Shown here one piece after another: positions 11,074 through 25,599 of a stretch of DNA of 64,000 nt. Numbering within the stretch: position 1 is the stretch's first letter; each line of letters begins with the position of its first letter. The DNA is from Cirrosporium novae-zelandiae (lineage: Eukaryota): contig JAPETS010000012.1 in NCBI GenBank assembly GCA_026023565.1, forward strand, positions 248,001 to 312,000, in the 5' to 3' direction. Made by a program: the position numbers and the translations under genes. The notes under the pieces are model-generated. The model saw only the letters and a program-made list of their open reading frames with translations. It was not told the DNA's origin and did no database searches.

Positions 11074-13304
11074 ATGCCGGCTTTCAAAGATGAACATGTT
11101 CTCGTAAGTCCACTGAAGAGCAAACTCTAGAACCAGGTTATACTGACCTCTTGATGCTCTAGATCATCGTGCCTGGCTCGCATACAACCCTTGCGCAACT
11201 TGGTATTCCTGAATCCTTGACGCCTGCAAGCTTTCGCATGCGCTCGTGCATGTTTCCAGCGGAAGTGAAAGGTCAATGGGAACCTCATAAAGTCATTAAA
11301 CGGGTCACAGAGAGCACAACGCAAAGTAATGGAACGAGTAAAGATATCGAGATGAAGGACGCCGAGGAGGCTATAAATCAGGAACCCGGTACAGGGGAGA
11401 AACCGAGTGAGGGTAATGCTGAAGACCCACCACAGGCCCCCACGAGCAAAACTGGGGATGAACAAAAGGTAGATGAAAAGGGAGATGAAACCAAGCAAGA
11501 AAGCAGCGTAATCTACGAGGAGGATATTACATCTGACGAGGGCGCTGTATATCCAATACAACAAGGGCGAATTGTCAACTGGCCATGCTTTTTCGCCCTA
11601 CTATCACACGTCTACACCTCTCTAAGTCCCCCTTTTCACACGCCTGTCCTTCTTGTTGCCGAGCCAGCGTGGACCCTCCGAGACCATGAAATGATTACAC
11701 AATTTATATTCGAAAAGTTTAAGCCCCCTGGTTTTTGCTTGATCGATTCGGCTCTAGCGGCTTGTTATGCCTATGGTGTCTCCCATGCTACAGTTGTGGA
11801 TGTTGGCTACCAGAAGACGGATGTCACCGCTGTGGCTGACTTTTTGGTGAATGATCTGGGAAGAGAAATAGCACATATTGGATGCGGTGGGGATGCGATG
11901 ACTGAACAGTTATTCAAGCTTCTTGGACCAAAAGGTTTTACCAAAGACATGTGCGAACAGTTGAAATGTAGCAACATATGCGAGATTCTTCCTCCAGGCA
12001 CCCCATTACCAGGACAAGCCCAGAAGAAAGATGAGGTTACAAACCCTGCTGCTGCTGCTTCAACCGGCGCTCTCGGATCAGGCCCAGGCCAAAGACAAAG
12101 TTTGGCTGCGCAGGGGAGTGCCCCAAGAGGGCCAGGTGCAGACACGGATGTCGAAGGGGACAAGGATGTGCATGAAGATGAGGGTGTCCTTGATGTTGCT
12201 AGTATCGTTGCAAGTGGCAAGACGAGTGAATTTCTAGCTCGTAAGGAGAGGGAAAAGGCTGAGAAGGCTGCTGCTAAAACAAAATCTGATGCAGCAGGTC
12301 CTAAGCAAGCTAGATTACGAAATTCAGAGAAGGAGAAGACCGTTTTTACTTTTGAAGAACGTGTATCGCTGGATGAACTCAAGGAACACGAGACCCCTAA
12401 TTTGGCAAATAGTACAGCCAATGAAGCTGGCTCGGAGCAGCAAAAACCTGACTCTACCCAGGAAAAACCTGCCACTGATCCATTGGCAATCAATGAAGAG
12501 ACATCCGCTCCAGCCAAACCAGAAAATCCAGAAACCCAGTCTTCATCTGCGTCTTCAACAATTATTCGCAAGGATATTGAAGTGGGTACAGAACGATTCT
12601 TGGCTGCAAGTGGAGATATATTAGAGACTATTGCAGACGTAATCCATCGTGTCGTGCTTTCTGTTCCGGATTTGGGGAAACGCGCCGAGCTGTGGGATTC
12701 TTTAATAATCCTCGGAAATGGGAGCAAAGTAAGAGGTAGGGAAATCCCTTATCTGATCAACGCTTTATGTGGGCTAATATATGTACTGGTGCTCATAGGC
12801 TTTACCCCTGCTCTGCTACACATCCTTAACACCAAATATCTTGTTTCTCCTTCTAGTGCTACAATTTTTACCTCTGAGCTTCCCTCAAACCTCTCAACGC
12901 CAGCCGCAACTGGTGCGAATACTCCAAATCCTCGCGAAGGAGGCAACTCTTCACATGGACATGGTGTGAACCCTCTCCTCCTAGCAGCCACTACTGCGTC
13001 CCACCCCGGTCTTGTGAGTTCAACCAGTAACTTCCGAGATTCATCGCATTTCAGTGATAATGGAATATCTGGACATCCACATCATTCTGGCCATGGGCAA
13101 ACCCCAACTAGTATCAAGATTGCAAAGATTCCGGAGTATTTCCCCGAGTGGAAGGAAGCAGGATTTGAAGAAGCAGTGTTTTTGGGAGCACAGGTAGCTG
13201 CAAAAGTGGTTTACGTAGTGGATCAAGGGGCCAGTAAAGGGTACATGGCCAGAGCAGAATACAACGAGCTAGGTCCACAAGGCATTCACGAGAGTACCCT
13301 ATAA
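11074..13304 (+). CDS. ARP9: Actin-related protein Arp9 (RSC/SWI-SNF subunit)
   Basis: MPAFKDEHVL|intron 11104-11162|IIVPGSHTTLAQLG; GAVYPIQQGRIVNW; VVDVGYQKTDVTAV; KIPEYFPEWK; FLGAQVAAK. A probable 63-nt in-frame intron lies at 12736-12798. Confidence 0.85.
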
Positions 13305-13863
13305 TGTGGACTTGTAAGAATTTAGAGGCTATGCATCGGAGTTATGGAAGAAGGAGATATACCAGGGCAAGACCTTTTCAGTGCAGTGAGAAAGGCTATG
13401 GGCGTTTTAGTAGAGGGCTTGAAAAAGGTAAGACATTGAATGATGTATTGTAGCTGTTGAAGTAGCTGGTCACTCATTACAGGTATATGTAGTATATGAC
13501 AAAAATAGTTATATGTTGTAATGATAAAAACCATTCCAGTCAGTAATATATTGTGTAACTTCAAGACCAAATGATTACTTGTAATCGGTCTAGAACTAAT
13601 CTGGCTAGCACAACATGTGTGCGGTAACGGAATAATGGAGAGATACGGAAAGATACGGGGTTTCCTTAAGGCGGTGACGGGAGTCATAATTACATTAATC
13701 CACCAGAGCTACTGACCTTGATACACCAAAATTAATTTGTGACTCTTGTTAATAATTTCTTCCCAGGCATTTCATCAAATATCGATCAATTGTTTCTATC
13801 ATAAACTTATTCTAATATCTGTCCCAGGCTATCATGACCTTGGCCTGGATATAAAAATTATAC

Positions 13864-16800
13864 ATGACATTAGCAACATCTGGAGCCCTGCTCCGGCATG
13901 GTGCTCGCAGGGGTCTCCTCCTCCACCAAAAATCCACCTCTCGTCAAGCATTAGCATGCCCGCCATGCCTCACTTCTGCTCGAATATTTCCAGTGGTTAG
14001 GACCAGGTCTTTTCATAAGGATATAGATGTAGGCGAGGTGTCACATCCAATTGTTCGCCTAAAAAGATCCCTTAGACCATCTAGCACTGAATTCACTCGC
14101 CGCCATATAGGGCCCTCCGCAGATTCGACCAAGCAGATGCTTGCCGCCCTCGATCCTCCTGTCAAAGCTCTTGATGAATTTGTTCAGCAAGTCCTACCTG
14201 CAGATGTTCTCCTTGAGAAGCCACTTATTCTAAAGGCATCCTCTACTGAAAGTGACATGTTGGCGACTATTGACGGGTGGACTCATTCTGACAACAGACA
14301 TCAAAAAATAAAAAATTATATAGGATGTGGATATTATGCAGCAACTGTCCCTGAAGTCATCAAGAGAAATGTCCTGGAAAATCCTGGATGGTACACAAGT
14401 TACACCCCTTACCAGGCAGAAATCAGTCAGGGACGCCTGGAGTCTCTTCTCAACTTCCAGACAATGGTCAGTGATCTTACAGGGCTAGATATTGCCAATG
14501 CATCGGTTCTGGATGAACCGACTGCAGCAGCGGAGGCAATGACGATGACCTTAAATTCTGTGTCAAGGGTAAAACAAAATAGCCCCACGAAAACTTTTGT
14601 CGTCTCGCACCTCTGTCATCCTCAAACTCTTGCGGTTCTGCGATCTCGAGCTGAAGGTTTTGGGATCAACATTGTTGTAGGAGATGTGCTGGCCAATGGC
14701 TCTAGCCTGGTAAAGGACATAGGAGATGATCTAATTGGCGTTCTTGCCCAATATCCTGATACAGAAGGGGGAGTGTACAATTTCTCTAGCCTTGCTGATA
14801 CTGTCCATCAGTATGGGGGGATATTCAGCACCGCCACTGATCTCCTTGCGTGTACCATCTTGAAACCTCCTGGCGAGTTCGGAGCCGATATCGCCTTCGG
14901 GAACGCCCAAAGATTTGGCGTCCCTTTGGGAAATGGTGGCCCCCACGCAGCTTTCTTTGCATGCACCGAGAAACTCAAGCGGAAGATTCCAGGGCGATTG
15001 GTTGGGATTTCCAAAGATCGCCTGGGACAAAAGGCAATGCGTCTTGCATTACAAACTAGGGAGCAACACATCCGAAGGGAGAAAGCAACAAGTAATATCT
15101 GCACAGCTCAAGCACTCCTAGCAAATATGAGCGCGTTTTATGCCATATATCATGGCCCTTCAGGTCTCAAAGAAATTGCCGAAAGGGTAGTCAGACTGAC
15201 CAGAGTCCTAGAAGAGGGACTACGAAGACGAGGGTACGAAACGTCGTCGCGAGGCCTAGGCGACGACGGGAGGGTTCTATTCGATACAGTTGTAGTTAAA
15301 ATTCCGGAGATTCCATTTCCCGTTATCCCCAATAAAAAAGTCGACATAAAAAAGGAGAAAGGTGATCCTGGCCTACTAAGCTTGACTAAAATAAAACAGC
15401 TAGCAACGCAGAATGCACTCAATTTCAGGTACTTCCCTGGCCCGGATAACAAAATAGGAATTTCTCTTGATGAAACAACATCCCCTAGCGACGTTGCGAC
15501 GATTCTGACGTCATGCTTCCCCCCGAAGGTTGGTTCTGGAGATGGCCAGTGGGAAAAGAAGTCAAAAGAAGCATCAGATAATGAATCAATTACTGCGCTT
15601 ACAGATGGTATTGAGAAGATTGAGAAGATTAAATATGAACGCATGCTCGAGGAATCTCTAAAACCCTCCAATGAATTCCTCTCCAGGGCCCCAACGCCCT
15701 TAAGAAGAGAAACCTCTTATTTAACTCACCCCGTCTTTAACTCATATCATTCCGAAACCGAACTCATGCGTTATATCTGGCATCTCCAATCAAAGGATAT
15801 TTCTCTCGTTCACTCAATGATACCACTAGGATCCTGTACGATGAAACTTAATGCTGCCGCAGAAATGCGGACGATATCAAATTCCCATTTTGCAAATAAG
15901 CATCCGTTCGCCCCCGAATCGCAAAAGGCGCCATTTAATAAGATGAAAAAAGAGTTACGGAACCAACTTGCATCAATTACTGGTTTCGACGATGTAACTC
16001 TACAACCCAATTCTGGCGCACAGGGAGAGTTCACGGGGCTTAGAGTAATTAGAAAATATCAAGAACAACAACCAGGTAAAAAGAGGGATATCTGTCTCAT
16101 TCCCGTGTCTGCTCACGGTACAAACCCAGCAAGCGCAGCTATGGCCGGTATGCGCGTGGTATCCATCAAATGCGACCACATAACTGGGAACCTTGATATA
16201 GAGGACCTCAAGGCAAAATGCGAGAAGCACAAAGAGGAGCTTGGTGCCATCATGGTGACATACCCAAGCACTTTTGGCGTCTTCGAGCCCGAAATTAAAC
16301 AAATATGTAACATTGTCCACGAACATGGCGGCCAGGTTTATATGGATGGTGCTAATATGAACGCCCAAATTGGCCTTTGCTCTCCTGGTGATATCGGTGC
16401 TGATGTTTGCCACCTCAACCTACATAAAACTTTCTGCATTCCTCATGGAGGTGGAGGTCCAGGAGTGGGACCTATCTGCGTTAAAAAGCACCTAGCACCT
16501 TTCCTCCCCGGTCATCCCGAAATCTCAGAAACAACTGAAACCGCAATCTATCCCGTTAGCGGTGCGCCATATGGAAGTGCGAGCATCCTCCCCATTAGCT
16601 GGGCATACATCAAAATGATGGGCGGTAGAGGGCTTACCCAGGCAAGCAAAATAGCAATCCTGAATGCCAATTACATTCTTGCACGCTTGAAACCCCACTT
16701 TCCAATCGTTTATACTAACGCCAACGGTCGATGCGCCCATGAATTCATCTTGGACATCCGGCCCTTCCATGACACTGCTGGAATTGAAGCCATCGATGTT

Positions 16801-17290
16801 GCCAAACGGCTTCAGGACTATGGCTTTCATGCTCCGACAATGTCATGGCCTGTTGCTAACACCCTGATGATTGAGCCTACAGAATCAGAGAGTAAGGAAG
16901 AACTTGATCGGTTCTGTGACGCTTTAATTTCGATTCGAAAGGAAATCGAGAAAGTTGAGAATGGAGAGTGGCCTAGGGAGGAAAATATCCTAAAAATGGC
17001 TCCGCACCCGCAACAGGATTTGTTGACCGAAAAGTGGGATAGAAGTTATTCAAGGGAGCAAGCAGCATATCCGTTGCCATGGTTGAGGGAGAAGAAGTTC
17101 TGGCCATCCGTGGCCAGGGTAGATGACAGTGAGTCTTTCTTGCATCGATTTTACCCTGTTTATTATATCGTGGATAATTGGGGGGAGGACTAAACCAATC
17201 ACTAACACACCTTGTTCTATAGCGTACGGAGACACTCATCTTTTCTGCACATGCCCTCCCGTCGAAGAAATGGCTGAGCAGGAGGACTGA
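13864..17290 (+). CDS. GCV2: Glycine decarboxylase (glycine cleavage system P protein), mitochondrial
   Basis: WYTSYTPYQAEISQGRLE, REKATSNICTAQALLA and HLNLHKTFCIPHGGGGPG (PLP lysine); Arg-rich presequence; intron 17129-17222 then final exon YGDTHLFCTCPPVE. Confidence 0.97.
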
Positions 17291-18106
17291 ACCTAATCTA
17301 CAGCCATCAATGCCTCACATGATCTCTCCCCTCACGGGTCATCAACGCCCATTTTACGCAATCTACATATCAGAAAGATCTTGAATTTCCGGGCGTCTGA
17401 TAGGGCGTCTACACTGTTTATATGATACCCACTTCTGGACATCTTAACATCTGGAACCGCCTATCCTCATGAGACATTTCAACTGTCTCAAGCATACTTG
17501 GGAGTGATGACATGGCCTCAGTCTCCTCCTTAGCTCCGCTTTGTTTTAATTAGGTTGCCCTTCTCATTTTATCAGTTTCAACACAAAGAGATATATATAC
17601 CCCCTTGGAGTAGCGAATTAGGTTGGATTGGGTTAGACATTTGGCCGATGAAATTGGATGTGAATGAAGGGAAAATTGGTCATATATGATACTTTCTGAC
17701 ATCGAAGAGGTGGATTTGTACATGTACTATTGTACAAAAAAATCTGTCCATGTAGCTAAGTAGCTATATAGAAAGGTTAGAATAGATGAACACATGATGA
17801 CCAAATAGTTGAGAAATATGGAAGTGTAATGACATTAGATAGTGAAAGGCTCTGCAATCAAGATTCAAAATGTAAGCTTGATGATTGGTTGATATCGGTC
17901 ATCTTTTTGCCCGATAGATCTATTTTTGTATTCCTTTTCACCCCTCGGACTCCCAATAGTTTCAAAGTCGAATTGTTTGCTCAAGCGGGCTTCGTATTAC
18001 CTTGTGAAAGATCTACATTTATAGCTACCTTGTTTCAAGTTCTCACTTTCTTTTTCCCCTTTTCTTTTCTACAAGTGTTTATCATTATCTAACTTCAATA
18101 CCCCCG

Positions 18107-19986
18107 ATGACGGAATCAAACTCCCCCGGCATTCATTCCACACCCGAGCCCCACGCGTTCCAACCGCTCCCACTAACCATCTATACCGGCATCTTTATTC
18201 ACTGTCCCTCTCTCAATCAACTATCCATCAATAAAGGATATGTGTGCGTTAACGAGCACGGAAGAATTGCCTACACCGACTTGACGAAAATCGACGAGGG
18301 ATATGTGCCGAGTCAAAGCAACTACGGGAAGGAGGAAAATGATGTTTCCTTGGACGTTGAAGCCATAACTAGAAAAGTTGGGTGGGAGGAAAAGAGAAAT
18401 GAAGTCAAAGTTCTAATAGCTGGAGGAAAGGAGGGTCACGGCTTTTGGTTTCCTGGATTTGTTGGTAAGCTACTTCTGACTAGACGTATATATATGCAAT
18501 ATTATAGATACCTTCCTTAGTACCGACTATAACTAATCTCTTCGCGCCAGATACCCATATACATGCCTCCCAAACCCCCAATGCGTCCTTTTTTGGTCGC
18601 ACCACTCTTCTCTCCTGGCTTGAGCGTTACACCTTTCCTCTGGAGTCTCTCCTCAACTCCCCCGATCACGCAAGCTCCGTCTACACCACCTGCATTCGAC
18701 AAACTTTGTCTCATGGGACCACAACCGCAGCCTATTATGCCACTATCTGCGCTCCCTCAACGAACATGCTCGCCGCCCTATGCTTAAGATATGGCCAACG
18801 TGCATTTGTTGGAAGATGCAACATGGATACGAACCTTTCACCCGAATACTATCGTGATATAAGTTCAGAAGAGGCCTTGAATTCTACAAAATCTACAATT
18901 GCATATTGCGACGCCATCGATCCTCATTCTGAACTCATCACTCCAATAATAACCCCTCGCTTCGCACCATCCTGCACCCATTCACTCCTGTCGGAACTCG
19001 GGTCGCTGTCAAATCCTTCTGCAAGCCACCCCAACGGCCTCCCAATCCAAACCCATCTCTCCGAAAACCTAGATGAAATCTCCCTCGTCAACTCCATGTT
19101 CCCCGATTCCCCGGACTACACATCCGTCTACGCATTCCACAATCTCCTCACTCAACGTACCGTCCTCGCCCATTCCATCCACCTCTCCCCCTCGGAAATC
19201 CGTCTCATCAAGAAGCACGACTCAGGCATAAGCCACTGTCCAGTTAGCAACTCTGCTCTGGGAAGCGGACTTTGCCACGTACGGTCCCTACTAGATGCGG
19301 GCGTCAAAGTCGGCCTTGGCACCGATGTCAGCGGCGGGTACTCAATGAGTATCTTAGAAGCCGTGCGACAAAGCGTGCTTGTTTCAAGGCTCGTGGGATT
19401 CCTTGCTAGCCAAAAAGAAACCTCTACCAGGGAACTTGAAATACAAAGCTTTAAGGAAGAATCACAGGGCGACATTGACATTAACGGAGAACCCAACGGC
19501 AGTAAAATAGATGCAGATGATTCCGGATCCCAGCACCCGTCCTCGTGCACGCACCCCAAACTCTCCGTCTCCGAATGCCTCTACCTTGCTACCCTAGGTG
19601 GCGCCTCAGTGCTCAACCTCTCTGACAAAATCGGTTCCTTCGAAACTGGAAAGTGCTTCGACGCCCAATACATCTCTCTTGCTCCCTCTCCCTCTCCAAT
19701 CCCCAACCCATCGCCTCCAAAAAAAGAAGACGAGACATTCTTCCCCGACCCCACAGTCAAAATCAAAGACCTCGATATTACAAAAGAATCAAACGGAGAA
19801 GCAGGAGAGAGTCTGAGAGTGGCGGGGAGGGGAAACGTTCGGTTGTTTTGGGATAGGGAGACATGGCATGAACGGATTGAGAAGTGGGTTTTTACGGGGG
19901 ATGATAGGAATACAGTTGGAGTTTTTGTGAGAGGGAGGTGCGTTTTGAGAAAGAAGGGGTGGGAATTGGAGGAGGAGGTTTTGTGA
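18107..19986 (+). CDS. GUD1: Guanine deaminase (amidohydrolase superfamily)
   Basis: PGFV|intron 18465-18550|DTHIHASQ, GTTTAAYYAT, ITPRFAPSC, QTHLSEN, HCPVSN, GLGTDVSGG and GDDRN motifs. Confidence 0.93.
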
Positions 19987-21304
19987 TATATGAATGAATA
20001 ATGAGCGATATGCGGAAATGAGAAATGTATATGTTTGTTGGGGAGACCAGGATGTAATAGAATTTATAGTACATATATAGAAATGAGGGTTTTTTGTCTG
20101 CTATAAGGTAAGTCAAACTAGATAGGTAAACTAAATAAATGGATGGATAGGTGAATGAATGATCTTGGATTATCTATTAGTATTTAGAATTAGAGACAGG
20201 TGTTTTTTACTACGAACTTGCAACCGATTTATCAAGAAGAAGTCAAAAACCCGCTCAAATAGTTGGGAGCTTGACGTTATGAGATTAGACTAGATATTGA
20301 TTTAGACTATTACTTTTCTTTGGATGGGTATTCATTTATATAAATACATACATATATATGTAAATAAATAAAAGCAACCAGGCCTAGAAAAAAATTACCC
20401 AAAGGAGAGGAGAGAGGGAAGCCTTCAATTGAAATTCCTCTAGCCCCCCCTAAAAAAAGAACAAAGCCTCCCCTGAAATACTACATACCGCTTCGCCACC
20501 GTGAGCCTGGCAACAATCTCTACCCATATATATAGATGACGTTCCTCCTTTCCCATGAACCTCGCTCCTCCAACTTTTATTTCATATCCCAGGATGTATA
20601 GTAGTAATTGAATTTGTAAAATAATAATAATAATGCTATCTATCTATATTTGGGCGTTAATATATAGCCCTACTGGAAACGGAAACCACAGGCATTCCTC
20701 TAGATATAGTGCTGGCACCACTCACACGCGGTTACGCTTGAGAAAAGGAGTTTCGATAGGGCGATGACGATCTCCTCTAGAATCAAAAGGTGTTTAGGCC
20801 TGTAGGCTTACTTGTATTTGAATTCCTAATAATATCAAGAATTCTAGTTTCCTCTATCTCTCTCATAGACTTCAAACTTCAATTTTTGGCTCTATGAGAC
20901 TTGAGAATGCACACTACTGATAACAGTCTAGCCAAAAGACTTATCAAAATGACCTAGACTTTTTTAGAGTATTTTCTCCTTGACATCAGTGTGTCGTTCA
21001 ATCCCCCCTCACATAGGATTTTGCAAACAGTATCCAGAAAGAGGGGAAGGTCTGTCCCTTGCGCCATAACGATCCAGCAGGCCCACTAAAAGGCACCTCT
21101 AATTCTATCCACTTCCCAAATCTAATTTCATTGAGCCCAAATCCCTCTTCGTTGGAAGCAATGTTTCAATCCTTCCAGCTGGTCTTTTGCTTAAACCTCT
21201 TTTCAAGGTTTCGATCATTACCATGTTTCGATTGCCATCGATTCTGAACAAGTCTTTTGTCATTCTTAGTTAGTTCATGAGCACCAGCGTATAGCGCTAT
21301 CTCT

Positions 21305-21945
21305 CTATTACACTGGGTCTTTTGTGGTACTAGATCTATGTTTTCTCCTCCCATCTGTGTATTCTGCGATAAGTTCTGCAGCGTTTTGGAGTTCCGATAT
21401 GGGATATTATCCATCCCACCCGGGTCCATAGCCTGTGAATCGTATCAAATATTCAATTCGTTCGGTTCTATTCTTTCCTATTCGACGGGTCTTTTCATCT
21501 AAAAGTTTTTCTAGTTTGAAACATCTCTAGCTTTCTGTATCGCCCTCAACCTCTACTGGTTCGGGGTGGTCAGATCGAGAACGCTCATATAGGTCTGACC
21601 CTTTTAAGGCTGATTTGAGGTTAGCTATAAAAAACACATCATGTATTTTCCAGTCTGCTGGGATAGCCAGCCTATAGGCTAACCGTCCAACTCGTTTGAG
21701 AACTTTAAACGGTCCTATATATTGTTGCGAGATTTTCTTGTTAATCCTAGAAGAGATTTTATATCCCTTATACAACCGTAGCAGTGCGAAATCCCCTACT
21801 CTCATGTACAATACATTGCTTTGTACGACCGGTCGTAGTAGCGTTCCGCCTCCATAGCTGCTAGAGCTAAAGTGTCTCGAACCTCGGTTTTCGTAACCAA
21901 CCGGTCATTCTCAAGATTTTCTCTGTAATCAAGCCATGCTACCAT
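21305..21945 (-). mobile_element. Degenerate Ty3/Gypsy (chromovirus) retrotransposon fragment: integrase C-terminus plus chromodomain
   Basis: RYYDR..., VGDFALLRL...QQYIGPFKVLKRVGRLAYRLAIPADWKIHDVF (GPF/GPY-SH3 region), then *RCFKLEKLLD...EYLIRFTGYGPGWDG*YPISEL (chromodomain) with in-frame stops. No RT domain or clear LTR seen. Confidence 0.88.
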
Positions 21946-24900
21946 TTGTTACCCTGGTCTTTTTGTATTGAACTTCTTGTTTTTTTTTACCTTGAAGGGT
22001 TGTTGAAACCCTTTGTATTCTAACTTGCTTAGTAAACCCGAAGGGTTCGTCTTCTTTAAACCCTTTCCTAACACAGTCTTCCTAATTTATTGTGATTAAA
22101 TAAAAGTAATGTAAAGCAAGAGTAAAATTATAGTTATAGCAAATGCAGGCTAATGATTATTTCGGAAACTCAAATCTTTGGATTGTTGGTAATAAACTTG
22201 TTAATTTGTTAGGAAACGATTATTAAATGATTTATATTATGTCCTACATCGTCTCTCGAGTTTAGTAGTCATATTGTATAAGAGTTTAGGTAAGATGTAG
22301 ATGGAAAAAATGGTGATGCTGGAAGGTTGTACTTGGGACGAGGTAAAAGTTCATACAACCATAGAATTGAAATTTTACGTGTGGTCTCCCGAGCCGACGT
22401 GTGCACTCAGAAGAGAACGCACGCTGCCCTGATTAGGAGTTGTCCTGCATATAGAAGAAATGAGACACACAAACACACACAACGAAAAGTTATTAAGAAT
22501 GAATTCCTAACCCTAGTAAGTCATGTGCGCTGCGAGAATCTGATGGGATACAGTATGATGCGGTCTAATTATGATGGGCATCGTATCACTGACTAGGACG
22601 TAGGTGATGATCAATCACTATAACCATAACTAATGACGTCTTGGGTATCTATTTGATATGGAACAGAGACTAATGCTGTTATATGCGCCACCACCTCGTG
22701 TGCTTATGTTCGCTCGTTGGTTATAGTTTACGAATTGTAAGCTATATAAGAATTTTATATTGTATTGTATTAAGGGAGCGTTTATATATGAGATGAGGTG
22801 CGGGACACACACCCCGGGAACAAAATGGGCGGGATTTATGATGGCAGAAAAGCGTTGGACGAGGGGGAACCCAACCGGGTTATAAGAAGGTCAAATAGAC
22901 ATTTACCTCTTGTTGAGGGCAGGAGTAGGTAGTGGTAGCGGTGGTAGTGGTGCAGGAGGATTCATATCTATTTTATTTTATTAGTTGCGAATACTTACGG
23001 CTCACACAAACACCCGATTGTCGCTTCTGAAAATAGGGTGCCTACGATCATGGAGGTCTGCTATGTGTAGCTCGAAGACAGCCGGTCCTTGAAACTCTTC
23101 TGTGGTTTGTGAGAATGATCTGTTTCCTATAAATCTCCATAGTTAATCACTAGGGGAGGAAGGGGGGGGCGGATTCTCAAAGAAAAGAATTAAAAATTAG
23201 GAACTTAGCATTCTCATGATCATGGTAGAAGAAGCTTCGCCTTCCACTCACTCGCCTCTTGATATTTTTTTCCCATATTCATCTATCTACAGTTTTTTTC
23301 TGCACAGAAAGATAAAGAAGGGTGCTCCCCCGAGAAGGACCTCGGCATCTGGTCGAATTGTTGTTTTTTGTTCTTGGTCGCATTATCTGTAAAGAATTTT
23401 TTAACTGCTGTTATCCTGTGCTGTCCACCTTACACTCTGAAAATGGGTGTATAGGTTTTTTTCTGTTCATTCATAACAGAGCGGAGAAGTTTGGTAAAAT
23501 CTTTGGATTCACTCGCAAAAGTCGCTACCTCTGAGACCTATCTCTCTAGCTAATGGTGTGGTGTATTGCTCAGAAGGGAATCAAAATGTGATTTTATTTA
23601 TGTTAATCTCTTCTAGAGATACGGTCTGCACATACTTAGAGCTTTCCATAATTCAGCAAATCCGGGAGCTGTGGAGTGGCTGTATGTCGTCTCGGGATGT
23701 TACCTTTTTAGTAGTTTGAAGGAGTTTAGGGTTTTGGATTTAGGGGGTTATATATATGGCTATATATTTTTTATGATGATGAAACCCTAAGCCTAAATCA
23801 AACCTACCGCTAGCACTTTTAGAGAAGATTGAAATCCTTGATTCTCAACAATTCTTCAAAGTTTGTTTCTGTTGATTAAGATCCAACCTCGTCATTTTAG
23901 GTTCGTGGTGGACCATCTTATAGGCTGCTCCGACGTAGTCTTTATCGGGAATTTGCCTTAAAGAGGCTACAATTTCTTGATGTTATATCCTATGATTAGC
24001 TGTAACAGCCTACCACTAGGGAATTTATAGAAGGAAATCCCATTGAGTTTTTGATTTGAAAATTCGTAAAGGAAGAAGAGCGGGGCAGTATCAGTTTTTT
24101 CTCGTAGTATAAGGATGTTTCTAAGGCGTCTGATATGATCTAATGTAAGATATTTAATATCCTGATTAGAGACGAAATATCTCAAGACGTTGGTCATGTT
24201 TTCCAATTTGGATTCATAAAAGGAGGAGGATCTCCTCTAACCCCTAATATCTACTATAATTAAAAGCCCTCAGTTATATAAAAAATGCCTTGTGGGAAAG
24301 CTGAACTTTTCTTTTTTCTTTCTTTTTGTTTTTTCTTAAAAAAAGGCAAGTAATGATCGAAATCTTTAAGAAATTCCGTTTGTAGTAGTAGCTTTCGGGA
24401 TCTGATTAATTACTCATTAATGCGCACAAATAGACAGACAGACAGACAGTGTAGTGAATGTTGAGTTTCCGCACTGTACTAGATTACTTGGTTAACCTAG
24501 ATAACTTTTGATAAGTTGATAGCGAAGTAAATAGGCTAGACTATGATTGTCTGAGGTCTATTTATTTATTTAGTGGATAAAAAAATACGAATTTTATGGT
24601 GAGAAGACAGAGCTATTGGTGTTATTGGTGTTAAGTGTTGACGTTTGTGGGGAGAAATTAAAGGCCAGTAAACCTGTAAAAGAGTGATGCCGAGATGCTT
24701 TTTCTGCTTATCTAGTGGGAGCTTCGTTGCCTATCTAAATAGAGACACACATGCACACACTTTGGCTGATTATATAAGTGCACCGAAGAGAGTAAAAAAA
24801 TGGAAGTTTGAAAGATGTTAGATTGCTATAGTCAGCAATAAAAGTTGTGCTGAAGAGTTTGTTTGTTTGGTGGGAGCTCGTCACAATATAAGTTAACTGT

Positions 24901-25599
24901 GCGCATGGTATGTAGTCCTGACATTCACTTTGGCTGCAAGGGATGGATGGGTTGTGAATTTTTTTAATAGCTAGATGCCTAAGGTATGATGGGTAGCGAA
25001 GTTGCGCGGTCGCATGAGGGAGGGAATCTGACGGAAAAAAATCATTTACTCACTCAGCAATCCGAGAAGACCCTGGCGGTCCAATTGGGGCTCCAATGCA
25101 AAGATGAATTACGTTCTAGAAAAGTTGTGGAAATTCTCTTCGGGGTTCTTATATTTCTTGTACCCAAATAAATGTTTCGAGACCCCCCCTCATGGGAATA
25201 TAAAAGTGGTGGTTAGGCATAGTACTCAAGGTAAGAGCCAATAAACAGGTTGTATTATGCGAAGACGAAAAGTCTGATGGAGTTTTAGACAGAAATGAAA
25301 AGTTCAACCTTATTGGCAGCCTCGAACCGTATGTTACTTCACGGCCAGTGCCAAATATTTCATAAGGAGACCAAAATGGCTTCCCCGAGGGATTAGCAAT
25401 ATCACCAGAAGAAGAGCGCAGATACATAGGAAAAGAGGAGGAGAACCATAGTGCGTTGAACACGGGAGCAAAAAGTGGTCCTGATACTATATGCTAACTC
25501 CCCTCTCCTTACATTTCCGCAACCAGTGCAATTAAATCTCAGGTTTAATTAGATTGAAGATTGTATACGCAAACCACCTATTCATTCCATAAATCCAAT

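Noticed and set aside
11807..12727. 306-aa antisense ORF in ARP9, and the many antisense or alternate-frame ORFs in GCV2, FAS1, FAS2 and the beta-lactamase gene
   Set aside because: Shadow ORFs produced by codon bias of the real genes; no recognisable motifs.
12736..12798. Apparent hydrophobic insertion in Arp9 (and a similar 63-nt one at 27259-27321 in the transporter)
   Set aside because: Both have GT...branch site...AG signals and are best read as ordinary stop-free 3n introns that the ORF track read through.
20950..21060. Polypurine tract and 3' LTR for the Gypsy fragment
   Set aside because: A purine run exists on the minus strand, but no convincing TG...CA LTR or second copy could be found in the window.
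23724..23805. TTAGGG/CCCTAA-like words suggesting an interstitial telomere
   Set aside because: Only isolated, non-tandem copies in AT-rich DNA.
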